Positions 19,553-29,138 of a stretch of DNA of 64,000 nt are shown piece after piece (positions within the stretch are counted from its first letter, which is position 1; the number at the start of each line of letters is the position of its first letter). Location of the stretch: the NCBI GenBank assembly GCA_016124735.1, contig WGMZ01000031.1, positions 52,147 through 116,146 of the forward strand. The letters run 5' to 3'. The position numbers were made by a program, and so were the translations under genes. Source of the DNA: Bacteroidota bacterium (GTDB taxonomy: Bacteria; Bacteroidota; Bacteroidia; UBA8524). The notes under the pieces are model-generated. The model was given only the letters and a program-made list of their open reading frames with translations, made no database searches and was not told the origin of the DNA.

Positions 19553-20458
19553 TTAAAAATACCCTTGTTTTTTGCGGTCTTCCATTGCCGTTTCCGATCT
19601 TTTATCGTCGGCTCTAGTGCCTCTTTCCGTCATTCGTGTTGCTGCAATTTCGACGATGATATCTTCGAGTGTCGAGGCATTTGATTCAACGGCCCCGGTA
19701 ATAGGCATGTCGCCGCATGTGCGATAACGAACTGTTTTGGTCATTTTCACTTCATCTCCCCGCATATTCAGGTAATCGCTCACTGCGAGCAAAGTCCCAT
19801 TCCTTTCAATGACTTCGCGTTCATGTGCGAAATACAAAGAGGGCAGTGGAATATTTTCGGCAAGAATATATTGCCATACATCCATCTCGGTCCAGTTGCT
19901 AATTGGGAATACACGGAAATGTTCGCCCATATTCTTTTTGCCATTAAAAATGTTCCACAATTCCGGACGCTGATTTTTTGGATCCCATTGTCCAAAATCA
20001 TCCCGATGGGAAAAAAAGCGTTCTTTAGCTCGGGCTTTTTCTTCATCGCGGCGTGCGCCTCCCATTGCTGCATCAAACTTATTCGCTTCAATGGTGTCCA
20101 ATAAGGTAGTTGTTTGAAGTGCGTTCCGGCTGGCATTCAGGCCAGTCTCCTCCGCCACCTTACCCTGGTCGATAGAGTCTTGTACAAGACCCACAACCAA
20201 GCGGGCACCCAAATTTTCCACCAGTTTATCCCGGAAGTCAATGGTTTCCGGAAAATTGTGCCCGGTGTCTATATGCACCAGGGGAAAGGGAATCTTGGCC
20301 GGCCAAAATGCCTTTTTTGCGAGATGCGTAAGCACAATGCTGTCCTTACCTCCGGAAAATAAAATTGCCGGATTTTCAAATTGGGCAAAAACTTCGCGAA
20401 TCACAAAGATGGATTCTGCTTCAAGTTCCTGTAAATGTCTAAGCGAATAATTACTCAT
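19553..20458 (-). CDS. cysD: Sulfate adenylyltransferase subunit 2
   Basis: The PAPS-reductase-like PP-loop SGGKDS is present and the 301-aa length and CysD family pattern fit. It overlaps the cysC start. Confidence 0.9.
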   Translation of the reverse strand: MSNYSLRHLQELEAESIFVIREVFAQFENPAILFSGGKDSIVLTHLAKKAFWPAKIPFPLVHIDTGHNFPETIDFRDKLVENLGARLVVGLVQDSIDQGKVAEETGLNASRNALQTTTLLDTIEANKFDAAMGGARRDEEKARAKERFFSHRDDFGQWDPKNQRPELWNIFNGKKNMGEHFRVFPISNWTEMDVWQYILAENIPLPSLYFAHEREVIERNGTLLAVSDYLNMRGDEVKMTKTVRYRTCGDMPITGAVESNASTLEDIIVEIAATRMTERGTRADDKRSETAMEDRKKQGYF

Positions 20459-21053
20459 TCGTATGGATTCTGGGAATTATAAAATCAATAATATTATTTG
20501 TACAGACTTCTATATTCTGTAAATGGGTTGATACACGAAGTTCAGGATTTTCAGGAATTTCAAATGGCGAGTCGATTCCGGTAAAATTGCTAATCAAACC
20601 TTTCCTTGCCTTTTGGTATAAACCCTTTACATCGCGGCTTTCGCAAACTTCAACAGGACAATCTACATGGATTTCCACGAATGCATAACCAAGTATTTCA
20701 CGCGCCTGAAGGCGATCGCCAGCAAAAGGTGAAATGAAAGCGGTTAATACGACCAGTCCCGCGTCATTCATCAATTTAGCCACTTCTGAAATACGGCGGA
20801 TATTTTCAATTCTTCCTTTTGAGCTAAAATCAAGATCTTTATTCAGTCCGGTTCTTATATTGTCTCCATCGAGCAAATACGTTCGTATTCCTTTATCGGC
20901 CAGTGCTTGTTCCACAAGGTTAGCCAGAGTAGATTTCCCTGATCCTGAAAGCCCCGTAAACCAAAGAGTTTGCGACTTATGTCCGTTCAAACGCTCTCGA
21001 AAAACCCGATCGATCTTATGCTGATGAGGTATAATATGAAGTTTTTCAGTCAT
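20451..21053 (-). CDS. cysC: Adenylyl-sulfate (APS) kinase
   Basis: The Walker A motif LSGSGKSTLA is present and the 200-aa length and APS kinase pattern (LDGDNIR) fit. Confidence 0.9.
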   Translation of the reverse strand: MTEKLHIIPHQHKIDRVFRERLNGHKSQTLWFTGLSGSGKSTLANLVEQALADKGIRTYLLDGDNIRTGLNKDLDFSSKGRIENIRRISEVAKLMNDAGLVVLTAFISPFAGDRLQAREILGYAFVEIHVDCPVEVCESRDVKGLYQKARKGLISNFTGIDSPFEIPENPELRVSTHLQNIEVCTNNIIDFIIPRIHTNE

Positions 21054-22813
21054 GAATATTTGAATAATAACCAGGCCAACACAATTCCTGAATAAATAAT
21101 TGTCAAAGGTAGTCCGAATCGAATAAAATCAATAAAGCGATAATTTCCGGGACCATATACCATCAAATTAGTCTGATATCCGACTGGGGTCATGAAACTG
21201 CAGGAGGCTCCAAACGCCATAGCCATAAAAACACCCGTTAACTCTATATTGGCATGTGTCGCCATGGAAAGTCCCAAAGGAAATATCACAGAAATTGCTG
21301 CTGCATTGGTTATAAACTGGGTTAATAATGTAGTGGCAAAATAAACGAGGACGATAATGCTTCCTTTACCCATGTTGGCACTCCATTCAGATAATCCCGA
21401 ACTCACCCAATCTGCTGCCCCAGAACCAATTAATGCCTGGCTTAACGCCATGGCACTGCCCAGAATGATCAACAAATCCAAAGAAATATTCTTTTTCATC
21501 TGGTCGTAATTGCTCATTTTGAATGCAAGGGTCAATCCAAGCATTAATAAAAGCGTCACGAATAAAGAGTAGAAACCAAATGGAAGTCCTGCAAGAATCA
21601 GGGTGCTACCCAGAAGGTAGAGGTTCTTTTTTCTTTTGGGTAATTCCACGGTCTGACTGAGCTCTGAAACAATGTACAAATCCTTACCCGACCGCGCTTT
21701 TGAGAGAAAAGTCTTTCCTGCAGAAATCAAAAGCAAATCGCCCTTGTCCAGAACTATTTCTCCCAATTTTCCTCTAAGTTTTTCACCATTCCGGTGAATA
21801 GCAATTACCGCCGCATCGAGATTTTCCCGAAATGCATATTCCTTTAAAGTCGCGCCAATCAAGCCCGAATTGGCCGGAATCACACTTTCCATTACCTGCA
21901 TCCCATCTCCGATATCTAATTCGGAATGTGATGGAATTGTAAGTCCCTGAATCTTCCTGACCAATTCCAACACTTTTTCGGGTTCGCCGGCAAAAAACAA
22001 GCGATCCTCTTTTTGAACTCGTTCGTCAGGAGAAACAGGGCTCATGGCTATTTTATTTCGGATAATTTCAATCAGAAAAATCCCATCCAAATTTCGTAGC
22101 CCAGCTTCCTGTATTGTTTTTCCAACCAAAGCCGCTCCGTTTTCCACCTTAGTTTCTACGAGATATTCTTTAAAATTCTCGGTGACTTCGCGGATTAAAT
22201 CCGAATTATCAGGAAGCAACTTCTTAAAAAACAGCAATATATACACAATGCCCCCGATACTTACCAGGACTCCCGGTATCAGAAAGTCCATAATACCAGG
22301 GCTAGCGATTCCAGATTCCTGAATAAAACCAATAAGTATCATATTGGTTGAGGTGCCCAATACCGTAATCATTCCTCCCAATATTGTGGCATAGGATAAA
22401 GGTATAAGTAATTTTGAAGGAGAAACAGAATTCTTCTTCCCCCACTGGTATACGTAGGGAATCATCATAGCGACAATGGGGGTATTATTCATCACCGAGG
22501 ACAAACCTGCCACGGTAATTCCCATGCGAATTAAAAACTGACGGGGACTTCTCGCTCCTTTGTATAATTTATCAAAAGTCCCAACCAGATTAAAATGGCT
22601 ATTGACTGCAGAAGTCAGTATGATCAGCAGGAAAATGGTGATGACAGAAGCATTTGAATAGCCGGCAAGGAACTCATTTACAGGGATGGTTCCGGTAACC
22701 AGTAAAATGGTCGCAGCCCCTCCAAAAACATAAGAAGCTCTCCACCGGTCAATTAATAGAGTGACGATGGTGAGCGCCAAAACGGATAATACGAGTATAC
22801 TATCGGTCGTCAT
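21050..22813 (-). CDS. SLC13/DASS-family anion transporter with two internal TrkA-C domains (likely sulfate uptake)
   Basis: The 587-aa protein has N- and C-terminal polytopic halves separated by a soluble region of about 170 aa with TrkA_C-like character. It is co-operonic with cysDNC and cysQ. Confidence 0.75.
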   Translation of the reverse strand: MTTDSILVLSVLALTIVTLLIDRWRASYVFGGAATILLVTGTIPVNEFLAGYSNASVITIFLLIILTSAVNSHFNLVGTFDKLYKGARSPRQFLIRMGITVAGLSSVMNNTPIVAMMIPYVYQWGKKNSVSPSKLLIPLSYATILGGMITVLGTSTNMILIGFIQESGIASPGIMDFLIPGVLVSIGGIVYILLFFKKLLPDNSDLIREVTENFKEYLVETKVENGAALVGKTIQEAGLRNLDGIFLIEIIRNKIAMSPVSPDERVQKEDRLFFAGEPEKVLELVRKIQGLTIPSHSELDIGDGMQVMESVIPANSGLIGATLKEYAFRENLDAAVIAIHRNGEKLRGKLGEIVLDKGDLLLISAGKTFLSKARSGKDLYIVSELSQTVELPKRKKNLYLLGSTLILAGLPFGFYSLFVTLLLMLGLTLAFKMSNYDQMKKNISLDLLIILGSAMALSQALIGSGAADWVSSGLSEWSANMGKGSIIVLVYFATTLLTQFITNAAAISVIFPLGLSMATHANIELTGVFMAMAFGASCSFMTPVGYQTNLMVYGPGNYRFIDFIRFGLPLTIIYSGIVLAWLLFKYS

Positions 22814-23600
22814 TTCCGGCTTTCACAATAAACCAGGGATTTAACAGGTTTTCCTTGTTATAAGTCAATTCAATACCCGTTTCCGGGTTAAAGACGCGGC
22901 ATCCACTTGCCTTTGCGATTGCATGGCCGGCGGCAGTATCCCATTCCATGGTGGGAGCGAAACGGGGATAAATCTGAGCCGTGCCTTCCGCCACCATACA
23001 TATTTTCAATGAGGATCCGATGGATATCCATTCTATCTCCCCATGTTTTATTCTTAATTCTTGAATAAAAGACTCTGTTTCCCCCGAAAGATGGGACCTG
23101 CTACCAACAACAGTGTAAGGTTCACCTAGTGGTTGAGCAGATATTTTCACTTTCGAGGCATCAATTTCTTCCCATCCCGATTCTGGGTGAACTTTTTCGG
23201 CTTTATAACTCATTCCCGCATCCCCACCCCAATAAAGTTTCTTTAGTACCGGAGCATATACGACACCCCATACGGGTGCGCCGTTTTCTATCAATGCGAT
23301 GTTAACCGTAAACTCTCCATTTCTTTTGATGAATTCCTTGGTACCATCCAGGGGGTCCACCATCCAAAATCTTTTCCATTCACTTCTGTTCTCGTAGCAA
23401 TCCCTGCTCGATTCTTCACTTAGGACAGGAATACCGGTATCAGACAGATATTTAATAATTACCTGGTGTGCCTGCTCATCTGCCTCGGTCAATGGGCTTT
23501 TATCCTCCTTAAGCTCCACTTTGAATTCGTTTTCGTACACATTTAAAATTTTCCTGCCGGCTGCTAAGGCTGCTTCTAATGCTTGACGAAATTCACTCAT
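22800..23600 (-). CDS. cysQ: 3'(2'),5'-bisphosphate nucleotidase (PAP phosphatase)
   Basis: The inositol-monophosphatase-family metal-binding motif WMVDPLDGTKEF is present and the length is 266 aa. It lies adjacent to the PAPS genes. Confidence 0.8.
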   Translation of the reverse strand: MSEFRQALEAALAAGRKILNVYENEFKVELKEDKSPLTEADEQAHQVIIKYLSDTGIPVLSEESSRDCYENRSEWKRFWMVDPLDGTKEFIKRNGEFTVNIALIENGAPVWGVVYAPVLKKLYWGGDAGMSYKAEKVHPESGWEEIDASKVKISAQPLGEPYTVVGSRSHLSGETESFIQELRIKHGEIEWISIGSSLKICMVAEGTAQIYPRFAPTMEWDTAAGHAIAKASGCRVFNPETGIELTYNKENLLNPWFIVKAGNDDR

Positions 23601-23826
23601 TTGTAATGTGCTCTAATTTTAAATTCTGCTTCATTCCCATTGAATTTGAGGGTGTTCAAAGGTACTTAAGTTGTTCGGTAATTTCCTGTTTCTGAATGAT
23701 TTACTAAATTATCCCTTTCCATTGCAAACACGAATTCGGACATAGGTCAAATTGACTGATTGCCAAATGAGCATGCATTGCCAACATATTCTAATCAGAC
23801 GCAGAAGAATGCCTGTCCCAGAATTC

Positions 23827-24483
23827 TCAGACCGTAATGTCCGACTCCACCAATTCACCAGCACCAATGAAGGCCTTGTTTCCAACCAGAGTTGCTTTAA
23901 TAATTTGCGCTCCGGTTCCTATATACACATCATCGCCTATTTGTGCTCCACCACTGATCAAAACTCCCGACATGATGGTGCATCTGTTCCCAATGATTGC
24001 GTCATGATTTATTCCAACATGGAGATTCAACAAATTAAAACTCCCAATTTGAATATTCGTGGTAAGGATGACTCCTTGCTGAATGATATTACCTTGCCCC
24101 AAAAAAATATTTTCCGGATTCTGAAAGGAGACACCAGAATGAATAAGATTAGGAAAATAAAGATGAGTGTTCCGCGGTTTTCCCGAATCATCAATCAATT
24201 CATGCAGAATCTTAGACTTGAAAACCGGGTTGCCAATTGCGATAAAAACATCCGTATCTTCTTCAATATTAGCCAAATCAGTCAGAGATCCTTCTACTTC
24301 ATGGCCATTGATGTAGGTCCCCTTCTGCATTCCATCGTCAAAGAAAGAAATTATTGCATAATTGCCTCGTTTTTCGCATTTCAAAAGCGCGGCAACTTCT
24401 CTGCCCAATCCACCTGCTCCGACTATTGCTGCTTTCATGCCATGTGGAATTTCAAATCCAACGATATTTTCCTGAGTCTGCAA
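23827..24483 (-). CDS. NeuD/PglD-family hexapeptide-repeat sugar acetyltransferase
   Basis: The N-terminal Rossmann-like stretch KAAIVGAGGLGREVAALL is followed by C-terminal left-handed beta-helix hexapeptide repeats (IGNRCTIMSGVLISGGAQIGDDVYIGTGAQI). Confidence 0.7.
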   Translation of the reverse strand: MQTQENIVGFEIPHGMKAAIVGAGGLGREVAALLKCEKRGNYAIISFFDDGMQKGTYINGHEVEGSLTDLANIEEDTDVFIAIGNPVFKSKILHELIDDSGKPRNTHLYFPNLIHSGVSFQNPENIFLGQGNIIQQGVILTTNIQIGSFNLLNLHVGINHDAIIGNRCTIMSGVLISGGAQIGDDVYIGTGAQIIKATLVGNKAFIGAGELVESDITV

Positions 24484-24513
24484 TACAAGTTAATTTCCTC
24501 CGAGCTTTAGTGA

Positions 24514-25470
24514 TTATTTATTATCGGATTTGTTCAATACCAGTTTAGGTAATACCAATTTTAAGGTAGTGAATAAAACCAGTAGTGACATTAGTATAAT
24601 CAGGCTGATTTGTAATTTGTTCACACTGTAAATCAGAATGAGATTGATTGTAACCTGAGCAATGCCATATATCACTGCCACCAGAACATGAGGCCAAGCC
24701 AATTCATTAGCCAGTACCTGGTAAACATGCAGGCGGTGTGCTTTAAAGATATTTTCACCTCGAATCAATCTTTGAATAATTGTCAAAATGGAATCGGCAC
24801 CATACACAGAAAAAAACAGAATATATTCCCAACTTCTCGTTTGAATCATGAGTAGCAGCATCATAAAGGCCAGGATATAAGCCATCCCTACACTTCCAAC
24901 ATCCCCAGCGAAGGTTTTCGCTTTTTTTCGGACATTAAATAGTGCGAACACCAAATTACCCACCAGTAAAACCCGAATTAAGTCCGGGTCAATGAATTGA
25001 ATATCCAGATTGATTAAATAGTAAGATGCCAGAATAGAGGTAGAATAGAAAACTGTGATTCCATTAATTCCATCCATAAAGTTAAAGGCGTTAATCCAAC
25101 CGATAACTAGTACATAGGCAAGAATCCAATAGTGCCAATGAAAAGAAAAGATATTCAACTGGAGCAGAATTAAGCTTACACTAATGACGTGCATCAATAT
25201 TCTCAAGCGCCGGGAAAGATCAAATCTATCATCCAAAAAACTGATGCCGGCGATAAGAACCAGTCCACCTACAAACCATGAATATTGCATTCCAAACAAG
25301 GCATACCACGCAATAACGGCGAGGGTAAAAACAATACCTCCACCACGAATCGTTATAGAACTATGTGAGCTTCTCTCATTTGGCTTATCAATGATGTTGA
25401 ACTTGTCAGCCAACTTGAAATATCCCAGGATCAGGAGTAATAAGAGAATAAAAATGAGGAAATAAGTCAT
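24514..25470 (-). CDS. Polyprenyl-phosphate N-acetylhexosamine-1-phosphate transferase (WecA/WbpL/MraY family), the initiating transferase
   Basis: The protein is 318 aa and polytopic. The family signature NAFNFMDGINGI and DD-containing loops are present. Confidence 0.8.
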   Translation of the reverse strand: MTYFLIFILLLLLILGYFKLADKFNIIDKPNERSSHSSITIRGGGIVFTLAVIAWYALFGMQYSWFVGGLVLIAGISFLDDRFDLSRRLRILMHVISVSLILLQLNIFSFHWHYWILAYVLVIGWINAFNFMDGINGITVFYSTSILASYYLINLDIQFIDPDLIRVLLVGNLVFALFNVRKKAKTFAGDVGSVGMAYILAFMMLLLMIQTRSWEYILFFSVYGADSILTIIQRLIRGENIFKAHRLHVYQVLANELAWPHVLVAVIYGIAQVTINLILIYSVNKLQISLIILMSLLVLFTTLKLVLPKLVLNKSDNK

Positions 25471-26396
25471 TTTGAATTAAAGCTTTGTATGGTTTCCTTC
25501 AGTCCGTCACGAGCCGCAATAGGCATTCGTTCCCAACCAAGAGCAAGTTTAATTTTATCATTCGACACCAAGTAACTTTCCGTCAATTTTTGCAGTCTGG
25601 CAGAATTGAGTGGCAATTTAAGCATGTCTCCAGCCTTAGCCATAAACTGAATTATGGAAGGTGAAATATTCCATATTTTCCCTTTCTTCCCTATACTTTC
25701 ACCAATTAATTTGACCAAATCGTTGGTGGATAAATCTTCATCATCTGCAACATTATATGTCCCAGCTGGAAAATCATCCATTTCGCAAATATTCAGAATT
25801 ACCTCAGTCAGATTTCCTACCGATAAATAGGATCTTCTGTTTTCGAATGCTCCGAGTGGATAGGGCATTCCATTTTTCAGGAAACTGTATAGCAGGTTGA
25901 GATTTCCTTTGTTCCCAGGCCCGTGAATCATGCAGGGACGTAAGATAATCAAGCGTTTTCCTGCTGGAAGTGTTTTTGATTGAAGATAACTTTCTGCCTC
26001 GCGTTTAGAAGCTCCGTAAGGATTATCCACTTCAAAAGCATCTGTTTCTTTGAGGATTCCTTTCACAGAGGAAGCAACCGCCTTTACTGAACTCATGAAT
26101 ATAAAATGAGTTGCTGTTTCATCTGCCATAAAAGCTTCGAACACTTTTTCTGTGAGTCCGACATTTATCAAGTTATAATCGGAAGCCAGACTTTTGTTCT
26201 TCAAATCATGAGCCTTTCCTGCCAGATGTATCCATGCTTTGGCATGAATATTTGCGGCATCCAATTCGTCCCAGGTAATGGTTGCCGGATAAGATTTACT
26301 CCTCGAAATACCCATGACTTTATGCCCGGTAGCTACAAGTTTTAGAGCCAGATTCTTACCAACAAATCCGCTGATGCCAGTTATGACTATGTTCAT
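25467..26396 (-). CDS. NAD-dependent nucleotide-sugar epimerase/dehydratase (short-chain dehydrogenase/reductase, SDR, fold)
   Basis: The N-terminus is MNIVITGISGFVGKNL, with a YxxxK-type catalytic region. The length is 309 aa. Confidence 0.7.
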   Translation of the reverse strand: MNIVITGISGFVGKNLALKLVATGHKVMGISRSKSYPATITWDELDAANIHAKAWIHLAGKAHDLKNKSLASDYNLINVGLTEKVFEAFMADETATHFIFMSSVKAVASSVKGILKETDAFEVDNPYGASKREAESYLQSKTLPAGKRLIILRPCMIHGPGNKGNLNLLYSFLKNGMPYPLGAFENRRSYLSVGNLTEVILNICEMDDFPAGTYNVADDEDLSTNDLVKLIGESIGKKGKIWNISPSIIQFMAKAGDMLKLPLNSARLQKLTESYLVSNDKIKLALGWERMPIAARDGLKETIQSFNSK

Positions 26397-27577
26397 GAAA
26401 GGTAACCTAAAATAGATGCTGCCAGCTTATCATTAATAGCTGCCCGTGTAAAATCCTGTTTAAACTGAATACGCTCTTCCTCGTGGTATGTGTAATTCTT
26501 CAACTGTTCTACCATGCTTTGAACATCTCCCGGATCAAAGAGGATAGAATTGGGAACATTCTTGCGGATAAACTCATTGGCAAAACCGCCAACGCCGGCT
26601 ATAATGGGAATGTTATACGCACCCATTTCAAATATTTTGGATGGCAAGACTTTTTTAAAGGCATCGTAGTCGTTCAAATGCAAAAAGAAAAAGTCTGTGT
26701 TTTTATAAATCTCAAAAAGTTCCGACCTTTTTACAGGTGGGTGCAGTTCCACGTTCTTGGGCTTGAATTCTGCCAGGGCCTCTTCCAATTTGGCTTTTGC
26801 TCCACCGTCACCAATAACCAGAAACTCATACTGCCCTTCAAGTGCCTTTGCTGCCTGAGGAATAATCTTATGAAGACCTTGCCCTTCCCCCATATTTCCA
26901 GCATAAACGATTTTATAGGGTGGCTTTGGGTTGCGGGTGCTGGACATTTCCATCTCCAGAAAGGCATCATCTATTCCATTGGGAAATTCCGAATATTTCG
27001 GACGAGTATACTTTGCGAAATAAGGTTTAAATCCTCCTGAAATCAGGTTGATATGTTTGGCGTCGGAAAACGTCTTTTTCTCCACATACTTTAAAATCGG
27101 CAGCACCATGCTCTTAATCAATTTGTTCTGCAAAACATCTTTCATGGTATCCACAAAAATGTCGCGTATATCGAGATAAAGGGGTGCTTTCTTTTTCCTG
27201 GCAATTTTATACCCCAGATAGGCTGTAAATAAGCGGCTGCTGGAGGCAAATACCAAATCATACTTTTGTTGACGGGCTATTTTTTGAGCCTGTGAATAGT
27301 AATTATAGAATGACTTGATTTGATCCATGAACCCACTTTGATGTGTCGGTATCGCGATTCGGTGAATCGTCATGTTTCCCCGCCTTTCCAACTCAGGAGC
27401 TTCACTTTGAAAAGTGCTGTACCTATTGGGTTGCGTACTGATAATATCTATCTGGTTGTCCTCTCCGAATTTACTTGCCAGGGTCTTGGCTAAGGGGCTG
27501 TTTCGAAAAGAGCCGGCACATAAATCCGGCTCAAAATAGAAGGTTAAATAAAGTATCCTTTTCGGCTTGGTTTCCAA
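26393..27577 (-). CDS. Glycosyltransferase family 4
   Basis: The protein has a GT-B fold. Its C-terminal domain carries the GT4 EX7E-like region (GEGQGL ... E). Confidence 0.7.
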   Translation of the reverse strand: METKPKRILYLTFYFEPDLCAGSFRNSPLAKTLASKFGEDNQIDIISTQPNRYSTFQSEAPELERRGNMTIHRIAIPTHQSGFMDQIKSFYNYYSQAQKIARQQKYDLVFASSSRLFTAYLGYKIARKKKAPLYLDIRDIFVDTMKDVLQNKLIKSMVLPILKYVEKKTFSDAKHINLISGGFKPYFAKYTRPKYSEFPNGIDDAFLEMEMSSTRNPKPPYKIVYAGNMGEGQGLHKIIPQAAKALEGQYEFLVIGDGGAKAKLEEALAEFKPKNVELHPPVKRSELFEIYKNTDFFFLHLNDYDAFKKVLPSKIFEMGAYNIPIIAGVGGFANEFIRKNVPNSILFDPGDVQSMVEQLKNYTYHEEERIQFKQDFTRAAINDKLAASILGYLS

Positions 27578-27590
27578 TTTTCTTTTTTAA

Positions 27591-29138
27591 TTAGTTGGTG
27601 ATGATGCTGATTTCGCTCACAAGCTCTTTGGAAAAGCTGATTCGTAATCCGAATGTGTCCTGCTCCTTATTGAAAAACGGTGAATATTTTCGACTCACCT
27701 TCTCCATTTTTTCCTGACCCAGGAATTTGAAATTTACCCGGCCGTTTACCAATGCTCCTTCATCCGTCATTTCAATCTGACAGGATGGATGAAACAGCAG
27801 ATTTAGCTCCCCCTGAGGGTTTGACCCTTTGAGCAAATCTACCAATCGCAACGCATTTGAATTCGCCCTAAATTGCCTTTCATGCACAATTCCGGCTTTT
27901 CTGTATCCGTCATGCCAGGCTATCAGTTCATTCGTAGTGTCTTGTGCTATATGGCATTTCGCCCTTCTTCCCACTCTGAATCCACTCCAAATTTCGGATG
28001 AATTCGCACCATTTACAGTTACAGTATTATGGTTTCTTGTAGACCGTTCCTCGCTTCGCGTGGATGAAATCTGGTATGTGGACGTGCCCGGGTCTACGAT
28101 AACCGGACTTTCATCTACGTACAGACAAAAACTCAAAGTATCTGCATGAGCATGCCCCGGTTGATACTCTGGCGTCAGATTTCCGCAGGTGGTATACAAG
28201 GTCATGTTTCCAGAATCCATCCTTCTGAAACCAGAATCCATTGCCTGATTTAAATTGGAAATTGGCAATTGGCAGGCCTGAAATCTGGAACGAATTTCAT
28301 CCGGTTCCGGCGCTATGCCATAGGCCGAGTCATTGAACAGAGGCCAATCCGACATGAATGTTAGCCAGTTCATAAATGCACCGGCCCTTTCTAAAGTATC
28401 CTTTAACTTTTGAATCAAATCCGGCTCTCCTGCCTGCTTATGCCGACAATAAATGTAAACATCAAGCAATCGGTCTGTGAGTATCAGATGATACATTGGA
28501 CTTCTTTCATAATGACATCCATCCTGATAAAATTGTTCCTCCAACTGCTCTTTCAAAATGCTGGCTGCATAATCCTGCCAGTTTGATTCTTTAAAAAACA
28601 GTCCGGCCATATAAAGTGCACAGGCATTTTCAAGAAGATGATTCGCTAACAGATGAAACTCAAAATTATCTCTGAGCCGGGTGGCATCGTCCCAAATTAC
28701 CTGTATATATTCCCGTTTATTGATGCCAAATTGCTCAATAAATTTAATCCAGTTGATGATGCGTAATGAGGTCGGATACGGCTGCTTTCCAATATTTAAG
28801 TTCGGATATTGGCGAACAAAATCATCCATCAATTTCTGACCCTGCTCTTCCTTGCATTCGGCCAGAATAGAGAAATAATTGAGATTATAGGTCCAAAGCA
28901 ATCCAAATTGCTGATTCTCCCAATTCACGGGAAAATGGATTGGAATACTAAGATTGATGAATTGCAATTCCTGAAATTCCCGCCGCTCCTTCTTTTCCCA
29001 CCAGTTAAATCGATCTATTTGGGTTGCTGGTGCCTGACTGTACCTGATTCGTTTGCCCGGAATACGAAGTAGTATCTGGTGATAAATCTGGGTGAACTTA
29101 AGATGGACTACCGTGCGAATAATCTGGCCCAATTTCAT
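27591..29138 (-). CDS. Heparinase II/III-like family protein without a signal peptide (cytoplasmic). It is a candidate polymer-modifying enzyme, possibly a uronyl C5-epimerase-type.
   Basis: The 515-aa protein has an N-terminal alpha/alpha-toroid-like region and a C-terminal beta-sandwich typical of Hepar_II_III-fold proteins. No N-terminal signal or lipobox is present (MKLGQIIRTVVHLKFTQIYHQ). Confidence 0.55.
   Translation of the reverse strand: MKLGQIIRTVVHLKFTQIYHQILLRIPGKRIRYSQAPATQIDRFNWWEKKERREFQELQFINLSIPIHFPVNWENQQFGLLWTYNLNYFSILAECKEEQGQKLMDDFVRQYPNLNIGKQPYPTSLRIINWIKFIEQFGINKREYIQVIWDDATRLRDNFEFHLLANHLLENACALYMAGLFFKESNWQDYAASILKEQLEEQFYQDGCHYERSPMYHLILTDRLLDVYIYCRHKQAGEPDLIQKLKDTLERAGAFMNWLTFMSDWPLFNDSAYGIAPEPDEIRSRFQACQLPISNLNQAMDSGFRRMDSGNMTLYTTCGNLTPEYQPGHAHADTLSFCLYVDESPVIVDPGTSTYQISSTRSEERSTRNHNTVTVNGANSSEIWSGFRVGRRAKCHIAQDTTNELIAWHDGYRKAGIVHERQFRANSNALRLVDLLKGSNPQGELNLLFHPSCQIEMTDEGALVNGRVNFKFLGQEKMEKVSRKYSPFFNKEQDTFGLRISFSKELVSEISIITN

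Noticed and set aside
23752-24510. A 252-aa plus-strand ORF
   Set aside because: It lies antisense to the well-supported NeuD/PglD-like hexapeptide acetyltransferase (23827..24483, minus strand). Its sequence has no motifs and is contrary to the operon polarity.
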